A stretch of 18,830 nt of DNA from Armatimonadota bacterium. GTDB lineage: Bacteria; Sysuimicrobiota; Sysuimicrobiia; Sysuimicrobiales; Humicultoraceae. The translations under genes were made by a program, and so were the position numbers. Under the pieces are notes generated by a model. It worked only from the letters and a program-made list of their open reading frames with translations, ran no database searches and was not told the origin of the DNA. Positions 8,341 to 15,496 of this stretch are shown here, piece after piece. The stretch covers positions 1,646 through 20,475 of the forward strand of contig JBBIJB010000040.1 in NCBI GenBank assembly GCA_037446215.1, written 5' to 3'. Positions within the stretch are counted from its first letter, which is position 1; each line of letters begins with the position of its first letter.

Positions 8341-9190
8341 CAGCGGCGTAGCCCACGACGGCGTCCGGACCGCCGCCGGTGTCGGCCGAGGTAGCGTAGC
8401 GGAGCACCTCAGTGCCGCCGCAGCCCAGCCGGTGCGCGACATCGATGGCCACGGCTGCGGGGCCTGCCCCGCACATCATCGCGCCCGTCCGCGTGACCTC
8501 CTCGATCAAGCGGGAGCCGCTGCCGCGGCCGATCGCCTCGAGGAGAGCCCTATCGATCCTCTCTGCCTCGCGTCGCGGGAGGTAGTGGCTCAGATCCGAC
8601 GAGGCAAGGAGGAGGGCTTCCCGGTCCGCAGAAGCGCCCCCCTCACGAAGCGCGGTCACCAGCGCGCATGCTAGCCGCTCCACGCTCGCCAGGCTCTGGT
8701 CGGCCATGGCGATCGGGACCACGGGGCCTTGATATCCGATGAACTGCAGGAACGGCAGCTGCACCTCGATGGAGTGCTCGCCAAGATGCCCGCCGGCGGC
8801 TGTGGGCACGCCCAGCCCTGCCAGCACCTCTCTCAGGGAGTGCTCGGTGGCGACCTCGCCAAGGGGGGTCCTCCACCGAAGAGGCGGCGCCAGCGAGAGC
8901 GCCAGCCCAGCCGCGTGGTGGTCGGGGCCCACCGCTATGACGAGCGACGGTCGGGAGGAGCCCGCCAACCTGAGGTAGGCATGGGCCGCCACCGGGCCGG
9001 AGTAGGTGATGGCGGCGTGCGGCACGATCAGGCCGCGCAGGCGGCGCTCTCCCCACGGGGCCGGGAGCCTTCCCGGGCCGACCGGATGCATGAAGCACCG
9101 CTCCAGCTGCTCCCGGAGCCGCGCCGGATCGGAGTCGTAGAAGAGGCCGCCCACGGCAGGCAGCCTCACCCCTGCCTGCGGGCCGGTCAT
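8321..9190 (-). CDS. MEMO1 family protein (AmmeMemoRadiSam system protein B)
   Basis: RLPAVGGLFY, IVPHAAITYSG, VGPDHH, WRTPLG, EHSIEVQLPFLQ, ASSDLSHY, MCG, YATS.D, VVGY. Start ATG 9190 overlaps the cutA stop (ATGA). Confidence 0.9.
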   Translation of the reverse strand: MTGPQAGVRLPAVGGLFYDSDPARLREQLERCFMHPVGPGRLPAPWGERRLRGLIVPHAAITYSGPVAAHAYLRLAGSSRPSLVIAVGPDHHAAGLALSLAPPLRWRTPLGEVATEHSLREVLAGLGVPTAAGGHLGEHSIEVQLPFLQFIGYQGPVVPIAMADQSLASVERLACALVTALREGGASADREALLLASSDLSHYLPRREAERIDRALLEAIGRGSGSRLIEEVTRTGAMMCGAGPAAVAIDVAHRLGCGGTEVLRYATSADTGGGPDAVVGYAAVALEAA

Positions 9191-9534
9191 GGCCGCCGCG
9201 GCTGTGAAGGTGGTCCCGGCTGTGAGAGGCTCTCTCCTAGCCAGGATAGGTAGGCCGGGGCTCCTGCGGCGATCGGCAGAGCGATGACCTCGGGTACGGT
9301 GTACGAGTGCAGGACCAGCACGCGGGCCGTCAGTGCATCGACCAGGTGGAACGCCGTCTTGGCGATGAGGAGCCACTCCTCCGCGCGCTCCACGCCGCCC
9401 TGCCAGCGATAGATCGAGTTGACGCCCCCAACAACGTTGACGCAGGCGGCCAGGCGCTCCTCGACCAGTGCTTGTGCAAGGTCGTCGGCCTCCTGCGAGC
9501 TGCCCGCTGTTATCAGGACCACGCAGGGATTCAT
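9187..9534 (-). CDS. cutA: Divalent-cation tolerance protein CutA, 115 aa
   Basis: VVLITA...EA..LA..LVEERLAACVN, SIYRWQG, E.LLIAKT, LHSYTVPEVIALPI..G..AYLSW; start ATG 9534. Confidence 0.93.
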   Translation of the reverse strand: MNPCVVLITAGSSQEADDLAQALVEERLAACVNVVGGVNSIYRWQGGVERAEEWLLIAKTAFHLVDALTARVLVLHSYTVPEVIALPIAAGAPAYLSWLGESLSQPGPPSQPRRP

Positions 9535-9542
9535 CTTCTTCG

Positions 9543-9568
9543 GGCCGCGGTACGACGGGCCCGCGGCC
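9543..9568. repeat. Intergenic inverted repeat (8-bp GC stem, 10-nt loop)
   Basis: GGCCGCGG (9543-9550) / CCGCGGCC (9561-9568) fills most of the 34-nt HEAT-cutA gap; no U-tract. Confidence 0.5.
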
Positions 9569-10732
9569 TCAGTCCTGCTCCCTCCACCAGTCGGGGGAGA
9601 GGTCGCGCAGCGTGCGGACCTTGCGCACGCTCGGCCTGGGTCCGGCCCGCTCCTTGGCCACACGCGCGCGCAGCTGCTCGAACTCCCGGAGATCGGTCAG
9701 CACCTTCAAGGTGTTCCAGACGGCCTCCTCGATGTGCTCTCCCCCCTCGCGCTGAACCAGCGCCACCAGGGGCTCGATCACGCGCTTGTTGCGGAGCTTG
9801 CCGAGGATGCGGATCACGAGCCGCTTCACCTCGATGTCCTCGTCCTCCAGCGAGGTGAGGAACTGGTCGAGGGCCCCCTCCCCAAAGATGGCGAACATGA
9901 CCCTGAGCGCGAAGCGGCGAACCTTCGGCATCGGGTTCTCCAACCCGACGCGCAGGAGCTCGACCACCTCGGTGCGCGGGTGCTCTGCGAACGCGCTCAG
10001 CACCATCCTGGGAACGGCCACCTCGCGGTCGATGTGTCCGGTCTCGCCGAACTCGATCACGCCACGCTCCTCCAGCCGCGCGAGCGTGGCCACCACCGCC
10101 TCCTGCATTCCGGGATCCCGTAGGAAGAGCTCCACAAGGGGAGTGACTATCCGCTGGTCACCCACCTTGCCCAGCACATGGATGGCCGCGGCCTGGATCG
10201 CATGAGGCCCCGTCGTGAGGGCCTCCAGGAGCGAGTCCACCGAGCGCGCCCCGATCTCGCCGAGGATCTTCATCACCTGGGGCCCGATCTTGCGGCGGAG
10301 GTGCTTGTCCTCCAACGTCCCGAGCAGCGGGCCCACGGCGTCGGGGCCGATGCGCATGAGGGCCTCGGTCGCGGCGAGCTGCAGCGACCTCTCCCTCCGG
10401 GTCAGCACGCGGATCAGCGGCTCCACGGCACACCTGTCCCGCATGTCGCGGAGCCCGTTTACCGCCTGGAGGACGACCTGCTCGCTGCGGTCCGCAAGGG
10501 CTGCGCGAAGCGCCTCGCACACGGCGGGACCACCGATGCGCTTGAGCGCGGTCACCGCGCTCTTGCGCACGTACTCATCGGAGTCCTGGAGAGCGCGCGC
10601 CAGCGGCGCTATCGCTGCCTCATCGCCCAACTTGCCGAGCGCGTGAGCGGCATCGCTGCGCACGGTCACATCATGGCTCTCCAGCTGCTTGACAAAGCGC
10701 TGCAGATCGTCGGCCCTCTCGGCCTCCGCCAT
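9569..10732 (-). CDS. HEAT-repeat (PBS-lyase-like) protein, 387 aa, function unknown
   Basis: Recurrent ~31-aa units such as D..VR..AA.ALG.LGD..AI.PL..ALQD. Start ATG 10732 with strong SD AGGAGGAG; the ORF-track extension to 10873 crosses promoter DNA. Confidence 0.88.
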   Translation of the reverse strand: MAEAERADDLQRFVKQLESHDVTVRSDAAHALGKLGDEAAIAPLARALQDSDEYVRKSAVTALKRIGGPAVCEALRAALADRSEQVVLQAVNGLRDMRDRCAVEPLIRVLTRRERSLQLAATEALMRIGPDAVGPLLGTLEDKHLRRKIGPQVMKILGEIGARSVDSLLEALTTGPHAIQAAAIHVLGKVGDQRIVTPLVELFLRDPGMQEAVVATLARLEERGVIEFGETGHIDREVAVPRMVLSAFAEHPRTEVVELLRVGLENPMPKVRRFALRVMFAIFGEGALDQFLTSLEDEDIEVKRLVIRILGKLRNKRVIEPLVALVQREGGEHIEEAVWNTLKVLTDLREFEQLRARVAKERAGPRPSVRKVRTLRDLSPDWWREQD

Positions 10733-10785
10733 CAACGCTCCTCCTGCTTGTCGTGAGTGGGAACTGCCTACTACGATTATCCAAC

Positions 10786-10811
10786 ATTCTGCGACGCTCG
10801 GCGAGTGTCCT
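10786..10811 (-). promoter_or_regulatory. Putative sigmaH-like promoter of the HEAT-cutA-MEMO operon (AGGA-N18-GAAT)
   Basis: GGAGGACAC-TCGCCGAGCGTC-GCAGAATGT, a close fit to RNAGGAWWW-N12-RNNGAATWW, ~55 nt before the ATG. Confidence 0.55.
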
Positions 10812-10838
10812 CCCGCCGAGACCCGGGGTGCCCGCGGC

Positions 10839-10867
10839 TTGCGCAGCCGTGTCGCGCTCCGTATACT
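10839..10867 (+). promoter_or_regulatory. Sigma70 promoter giving a leaderless transcript
   Basis: TTGCGC (10839-10844)-N17-TATACT (10862-10867), then 7 nt to ATG 10875; no SD. Confidence 0.7.
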
Positions 10868-10874
10868 TACCACA

Positions 10875-11222
10875 ATGGAAGCGCTTGCCGCGGCTCGCTT
10901 CGCCCACGAGAGCGAGGCAGAGTTCGCGCGAATACTCGACTTCTACGGCATCCGCTGGGAGTACGAACCGCGATCGTTCCCCCTGGAGTGGGACGAGGGG
11001 GGTAGAGTCACCGAGAGCTTCAGCCCGGACTTCTACCTGCCCGACTTGGACCTCTACATCGAGCTGACGACGCTGAAGCAGAGTCTGGTCACGCGCAAGA
11101 ACCGGAAGCTCCGGAGGATGCGAGAGCTCTACCCGGGGGTCCGCGTCAGGATCTTCTACGGCCGGGACTACCGGAGCCTCCTCGTCAAGTACGATATCGG
11201 GTCCGCCGGGACCCGCCGGTGA
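10875..11222 (+). CDS. Small PD-(D/E)xK-fold protein (T7 endonuclease I-like), 115 aa, uncharacterised
   Basis: FAHESE..F..ILD.YGI.WEYEP..F...FSPDFYLP...YIELTT...RK.R.MRELYP...RIF; GC3-rich codon usage; GTGA overlap with hpt. Confidence 0.8.
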   Translation: MEALAAARFAHESEAEFARILDFYGIRWEYEPRSFPLEWDEGGRVTESFSPDFYLPDLDLYIELTTLKQSLVTRKNRKLRRMRELYPGVRVRIFYGRDYRSLLVKYDIGSAGTRR

Positions 11223-11761
11223 TCGGCCCCGACCTCGACTCCGACAGGGTGCTGCTGACCGAGCAGCAGATCGGTCACCGCGTCCGCGAGCTGGCCGCCG
11301 AGATCAGCCGGGACTACGCCGGAGGGGACCTGATAATGGTCACCGTCCTCAAGGGCGGTCTCTACTTCCTGGCAGACCTCACCCGGGCCCTCGAGATACC
11401 GGTCGCGATCGACTTCATGGCAATCTCCTCCTACCGGGGGGGCAAAGGCCCCTCGGGGGCGGTCAGGCTGATAAAGGATCTCGACGAGGAACTGACCGGC
11501 AGGCGCGTACTCCTGGTCGAGGACATCATCGACACCGGCCTCACGGCCTCTTACCTCGTACGGACACTCCTGGCACGCGAGCCCGCCGAGCTGGCGATCT
11601 GCACCCTGCTGGACAAGACCGCAAGGAGGATTGTGGACACGCTCCCGATACGCTACCGAGGCTTCGAGGTCCCGGATGTCTACCTCGTGGGCTACGGACT
11701 CGACCACCGCCAGCTCTACAGGAACCTCCCCTACATACTGGCCCTCAGGACACCCATCTAG
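11219..11761 (+). CDS. hpt: Hypoxanthine(-guanine) phosphoribosyltransferase
   Basis: VLKGG..FLADL, DFMAISSY, PRPP-binding VLLVEDIIDTGLT, TLLDK, VGYGLD, YRNLPYI. Confidence 0.96.
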   Translation: MIGPDLDSDRVLLTEQQIGHRVRELAAEISRDYAGGDLIMVTVLKGGLYFLADLTRALEIPVAIDFMAISSYRGGKGPSGAVRLIKDLDEELTGRRVLLVEDIIDTGLTASYLVRTLLAREPAELAICTLLDKTARRIVDTLPIRYRGFEVPDVYLVGYGLDHRQLYRNLPYILALRTPI

Positions 11762-11799
11762 GCGGCCGGACCTCCGGGCTGCGACCGGTTCGCCGGCGC

Positions 11800-11843
11800 A
11801 CCCTCCCTCATCGCGGGAGGGTGAAGCCGCCGCCTCATAGAAG
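11800..11843 (+). promoter_or_regulatory. Hairpin plus possible sigmaH-like promoter before the ABC operon
   Basis: ACCCTCCC-N7-GGGAGGGT stem (11800-11822) overlapping AGGG (11818-11821)-N18-GAAG (11840-11843). Confidence 0.3.
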
Positions 11844-11857
11844 AAGACCGCGCAACC

Positions 11858-13414
11858 ATGGCTCTCGCAGATCCAGGCCGAGATCCGGCAGGGGCGGCGC
11901 CTGCCGGTGACTCCGGACTGCTGGCCCTTCGGAAAATCACCAAGGCGTTTCCCGGAGTCCTCGCCAACGACCGCGTTTCGCTGGAGATCAGATCCGGCGA
12001 GGTTCACGCCTTGCTTGGCGAGAACGGCGCAGGGAAGACGACCCTCGTCAACATCCTCTACGGCATCCACCAACCGGACGACGGCGAGATCCTGGTGGAG
12101 GGCCGGCCGGTCCGGATCCGGTCGCCCCGGGACGCGATCGCTCTTGGCGTGGGCATGGTCCCGCAGCACTTCCTGCTCATCAGGCGACACACCGTCGCGG
12201 AGAACGTCCTGCTGGGCCTCCCCGGCCAGAGGTTCTTCAACCCGGCAGGTGCCATCGAGAAGACCATCCGGGAGATGGGGGCGCGCTACGGGCTCGCGGT
12301 CGATCCCAGGGCGCGGATCAGGGAGCTCTCCGCGAGCGAGCAGCAGCGGGTAGAGATCGTGAAGGCGTTGGTCCGAGGCGCCCGGATCCTGGTGCTCGAC
12401 GAGCCCACGAGCGTGTTGACGCCACAGGAGGCGCGCGGTCTCTTCCAGGTAATGAGGCGGATGAAGCAGCAGGGACAGGCCGTGGTCTTCATCTCGCACA
12501 AGCTCGACGAGGTCGTCGACATCGCCGACCGCATCACCGTCCTTCGGCGAGGACGAGTCGTCGGGACGGTACCGGCGTCCGGGACCGACAAGCGCTCCCT
12601 GGCCCGCATGATGGTGGGCCGGGACGTCGAGTTCCGACTGCGGAGGGAGACCGTCCCCCAGGGAGAAGAGGCGCTCCGGATGGAGCGCGTAAGCGCCGAG
12701 GGTGACAGGGGCGCGGCGGCGCTCAAAGGCATCTCCCTGACGGTCCACAGCGGGGAGATCGTCGGCGTGGCAGGGGTGGCAGGAAACGGCCAGCGCGAGC
12801 TGGTCGAGGTCCTGACAGGACTGCGCAGGCCGACCGGCGGCAGGATCGAGGCGCTCGGAAGCGAGATCACCGGCCTGAGTGCCGGCGCCATAGACCAGGC
12901 CGGGGTCGCGCACATACCCGAGGACCGGATACACATGGGCATAGTGGGCGGCATGACGGTCTCCGAGAACCTGGTGTTGAAGCACTACCGCAGGCCCCCC
13001 TTCAGCAACGGCCCGCTGCTCGACCCGAAGGCGATCGGGGAGTTCGCGCGGCGAACGATCGCGGAGTACGATATCGCGACACCGGGCCCGTCGGCACCGG
13101 CGCGGCAGCTCTCCGGCGGCAACATCCAGAAGCTGATACTCGGCCGGGAGCTCTCCGGCCGCCCGGGCCTCATAGTGGCGGCACACCCCACGTCCGGACT
13201 GGACGTCAGCGCCACCGAGCAGGTGCATAGGCGGCTGTTGCTGCGCCGTCGCGACGGTGCGGCGATCCTCCTCGTGTCTGAGGACCTCGACGAGATCCTG
13301 GCGCTCTCCGACAGGATCGCCGTGATCTACTCCGGTGAGATACTCGGCATCGTCCCCGCCGAGGAAGCCGACAGGGAGCGGATCGGCCTCCTGATGATGG
13401 GGCAGCGGCCGTGA
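11858..13414 (+). CDS. ABC transporter ATP-binding protein, two NBDs (CUT2 nucleoside/sugar type)
   Basis: GENGAGKTT, GMVPQHF, LVLDEPT, FISHKL; second domain GVAGNGQ, HIPEDR, LSGGNIQK, LVSEDLDE. Confidence 0.95.
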   Translation: MALADPGRDPAGAAPAGDSGLLALRKITKAFPGVLANDRVSLEIRSGEVHALLGENGAGKTTLVNILYGIHQPDDGEILVEGRPVRIRSPRDAIALGVGMVPQHFLLIRRHTVAENVLLGLPGQRFFNPAGAIEKTIREMGARYGLAVDPRARIRELSASEQQRVEIVKALVRGARILVLDEPTSVLTPQEARGLFQVMRRMKQQGQAVVFISHKLDEVVDIADRITVLRRGRVVGTVPASGTDKRSLARMMVGRDVEFRLRRETVPQGEEALRMERVSAEGDRGAAALKGISLTVHSGEIVGVAGVAGNGQRELVEVLTGLRRPTGGRIEALGSEITGLSAGAIDQAGVAHIPEDRIHMGIVGGMTVSENLVLKHYRRPPFSNGPLLDPKAIGEFARRTIAEYDIATPGPSAPARQLSGGNIQKLILGRELSGRPGLIVAAHPTSGLDVSATEQVHRRLLLRRRDGAAILLVSEDLDEILALSDRIAVIYSGEILGIVPAEEADRERIGLLMMGQRP

Positions 13415-14508
13415 AGCGGATCGGTCCCCTCCTGCTCGAGCCGGACCCGTCCCCATCGCTTCCCAGGGTACTGGGGGTATCCGCGCTTGCCATAGCCTGC
13501 GCGCTGATCGCCGCGGGGCTGGTCTTCGTGCCGTACGGCATCAGCCCGCTCCGCGCCTACGCTGAGGTCTACGCCGGCACCCTGGGAAGCAAGCAGGCCG
13601 CCCCAGAGATCCTCCGCCAGGCGACGCCCCTGTTGCTGGCAGGCGTCGGCCTGGTCCTGGCCTTCCGGGCCCAGTTCTGGAACATAGGCGCCGAGGGGCA
13701 ACTGCTGGCCGGAGCCGTCGCGGCGACGGGCGTGGCCCTCTTCGTCCCGTTGCCGGGCCCCGTTCTGATACCTGCGATGTTCGCGGCGGGCTTCCTGAGC
13801 GGCGCGGCCTGGGGGCTGCTGCCGGCCCTCTTGCGGCTGCGCATGGAGGTCAACGAGGTCATCTCAACCCTCATGATGAACTACATAGCCCTCTTCTCGG
13901 TCGAGTGGCTGATACACGGGCCGTGGAAGGGCGCCACGGCCTACGGCTTCGCCTATACCGACGCCTTTCCCGAGGCCGCCCGCCTGGCGTTCATCCCGGG
14001 CACGCGCGTCCACTGGGCGACGCTGGCGATCGGTGTCGCCCTTGCCGCGGGGATCGCCTTCTTCCTCGCCCGCACCCGGCTTGGATTCGAGGTGAGGGTG
14101 CTGGGTCAGAACCCTCTGGCTGCGCGCTACGCAGGGATCCCGGCCCTGCGGACGACCGTCGCGGCGATGCTGCTCTCGGCCGGGGCGGCGGGTCTTGCCG
14201 GGGTGGGCGAGGTGGCGGGAATCCACCATAGGCTCCTCGCGCCCGGGCAGGTTTCCATGGGCTACGGCTACGCGGCGATAATCGTGGCCTGGCTGGCGCG
14301 CGGCAGCCCCCTCGCCGTGGTGTTGACAGCCCTCTTCCTCGGCCTCGTCTTCACCAGCGGAGACGTGATGAAGGTCGCGCTGCAGATGCCCTTCAGCGTC
14401 ACGCACGTCTTCAACGGGCTGATCCTGTTCTTCCTGATCGGAACGGAGCGTCTCCTCTACTACCGTGTTCGCTGGGCTCCGTTGCAACGACGGCAGGGGG
14501 CGGAGTGA
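13411..14508 (+). CDS. Nucleoside-type ABC transporter permease 1
   Basis: ATPLLLAGVG..LAFRA..WNIGAEGQ, VNEVISTLMMNYIA, T.LGFE.R..G.N..AARYAGI, GYGY.AI.VA.L; multiple TM helices; GTGA overlap with the ATPase stop. Confidence 0.93.
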   Translation: MKRIGPLLLEPDPSPSLPRVLGVSALAIACALIAAGLVFVPYGISPLRAYAEVYAGTLGSKQAAPEILRQATPLLLAGVGLVLAFRAQFWNIGAEGQLLAGAVAATGVALFVPLPGPVLIPAMFAAGFLSGAAWGLLPALLRLRMEVNEVISTLMMNYIALFSVEWLIHGPWKGATAYGFAYTDAFPEAARLAFIPGTRVHWATLAIGVALAAGIAFFLARTRLGFEVRVLGQNPLAARYAGIPALRTTVAAMLLSAGAAGLAGVGEVAGIHHRLLAPGQVSMGYGYAAIIVAWLARGSPLAVVLTALFLGLVFTSGDVMKVALQMPFSVTHVFNGLILFFLIGTERLLYYRVRWAPLQRRQGAE

Positions 14509-15368
14509 TGGTTGAGTGGGCCGTGATCACGGCGCTGAGGGCGGTGGCTGTGGGCACTCCGCTGCTCTGGGCGGCTCTCGGTGAGGTGATCGCGGAGCGC
14601 TCAGGGGTCGTGAACCTCGGCGTGGAGGGGATGATGATCCTCGGCGCGTTCTCCGCGTTCGCCGTGGCCCACACGACCGGCGCCCCGGCAATCGGCCTTT
14701 GTGCCGCCGCCGCAGTGGGCGGGCTCGCCGCGGCAATCCATGCATTCATGGCGGTGACGCTGCGCGCCAACCAATACGTCTCGGGCTTGGCCCTCACGAT
14801 GTTCGGCCTTGGGCTGGCCGGCGTGCTCGGACGCGGCTGGGAGGGCATCCCCCTGCTGGAGTCGCTTCCCGAGATCTCGTTCCTTACCTATGGAGGGCTG
14901 CTGATCGCGGTCGCGCTGTGGGCCCTCCTCTTTCACACCCAGACCGGAATCGTCATACGATCGACGGGCGAGTCGCCCGCTGCGACCGAAGCGCTGGGGG
15001 TAGACGTGCACATGGTGCGCTACCTCTGCGTGATCTTCGGCGGAGTGCTGGCAGGAGTCGCCGGCGGTTTCCTCTCAGTGGCCTACCGACCATCCTGGAC
15101 CGAGGGGATGACCGCCGGCATGGGGTGGATAGCCATCGCGATCGCGATATTCTCCGGCTGGGATCCTCTCAAGGCGGTAGCAGGCTCGATCCTCTTCGGC
15201 GGCCTGTTCCACCTGTCGTTCCGGCTGCAGGCGCACGTGCCTCCCGAGGCGCTCAGGATGATGCCGTTCGCATTCACGATACTGGTCCTGGTGGCGACGG
15301 CGCGGGGGCGCCGGGGCCAGGGCGCGCCAGATGCCCTGGGCCTGCCGTACGCCCGAGGGGAGAAGTAG
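14508..15368 (+). CDS. Nucleoside-type ABC transporter permease 2
   Basis: TPLLWAALGE..AERSGVVNLGVEGMM, ANQ.VSG, RSTGESP, TAGMGWIAIA, AP.ALG.PY; start ATG 14508 (or GTG 14505). Confidence 0.93.
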   Translation: MVEWAVITALRAVAVGTPLLWAALGEVIAERSGVVNLGVEGMMILGAFSAFAVAHTTGAPAIGLCAAAAVGGLAAAIHAFMAVTLRANQYVSGLALTMFGLGLAGVLGRGWEGIPLLESLPEISFLTYGGLLIAVALWALLFHTQTGIVIRSTGESPAATEALGVDVHMVRYLCVIFGGVLAGVAGGFLSVAYRPSWTEGMTAGMGWIAIAIAIFSGWDPLKAVAGSILFGGLFHLSFRLQAHVPPEALRMMPFAFTILVLVATARGRRGQGAPDALGLPYARGEK

Positions 15369-15496
15369 GCACGAAGGTACCTGCGACGGGCAAGAGGCCC
15401 ACCTGGGGGTGAGAGCCGGAGCGAGAGGGGATCGGGATACACCGGATCACGCCACAGGAGGGAGCGCACCGCATACCGCAGGCGAGGAGGGAGAGC

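Noticed and set aside
9191..9663. Long N-terminal extensions of the MEMO (9376) and CutA (9663) ORFs
   Set aside because: They overlap neighbouring genes; family similarity starts at ATG 9190 and ATG 9534.
305..10756. Many 60-260 aa plus-strand ORFs opposite the minus-strand operons
   Set aside because: Antisense or out-of-frame shadows of well-supported genes, with Arg/Pro/Ala/Ser-rich composition typical of GC-rich non-coding frames.
10689..10874. N-terminal extensions of the HEAT ORF (to 10873) and of the nuclease-like ORF (from 10689)
   Set aside because: They overlap each other head-to-head across the promoter region; better-supported starts exist at 10732 (SD) and 10875 (leaderless).
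11168..13456. 762-aa minus-strand ORF
   Set aside because: Antisense shadow of hpt and the ABC ATPase; high-GC codon bias removes stops, and there are no recognisable motifs.
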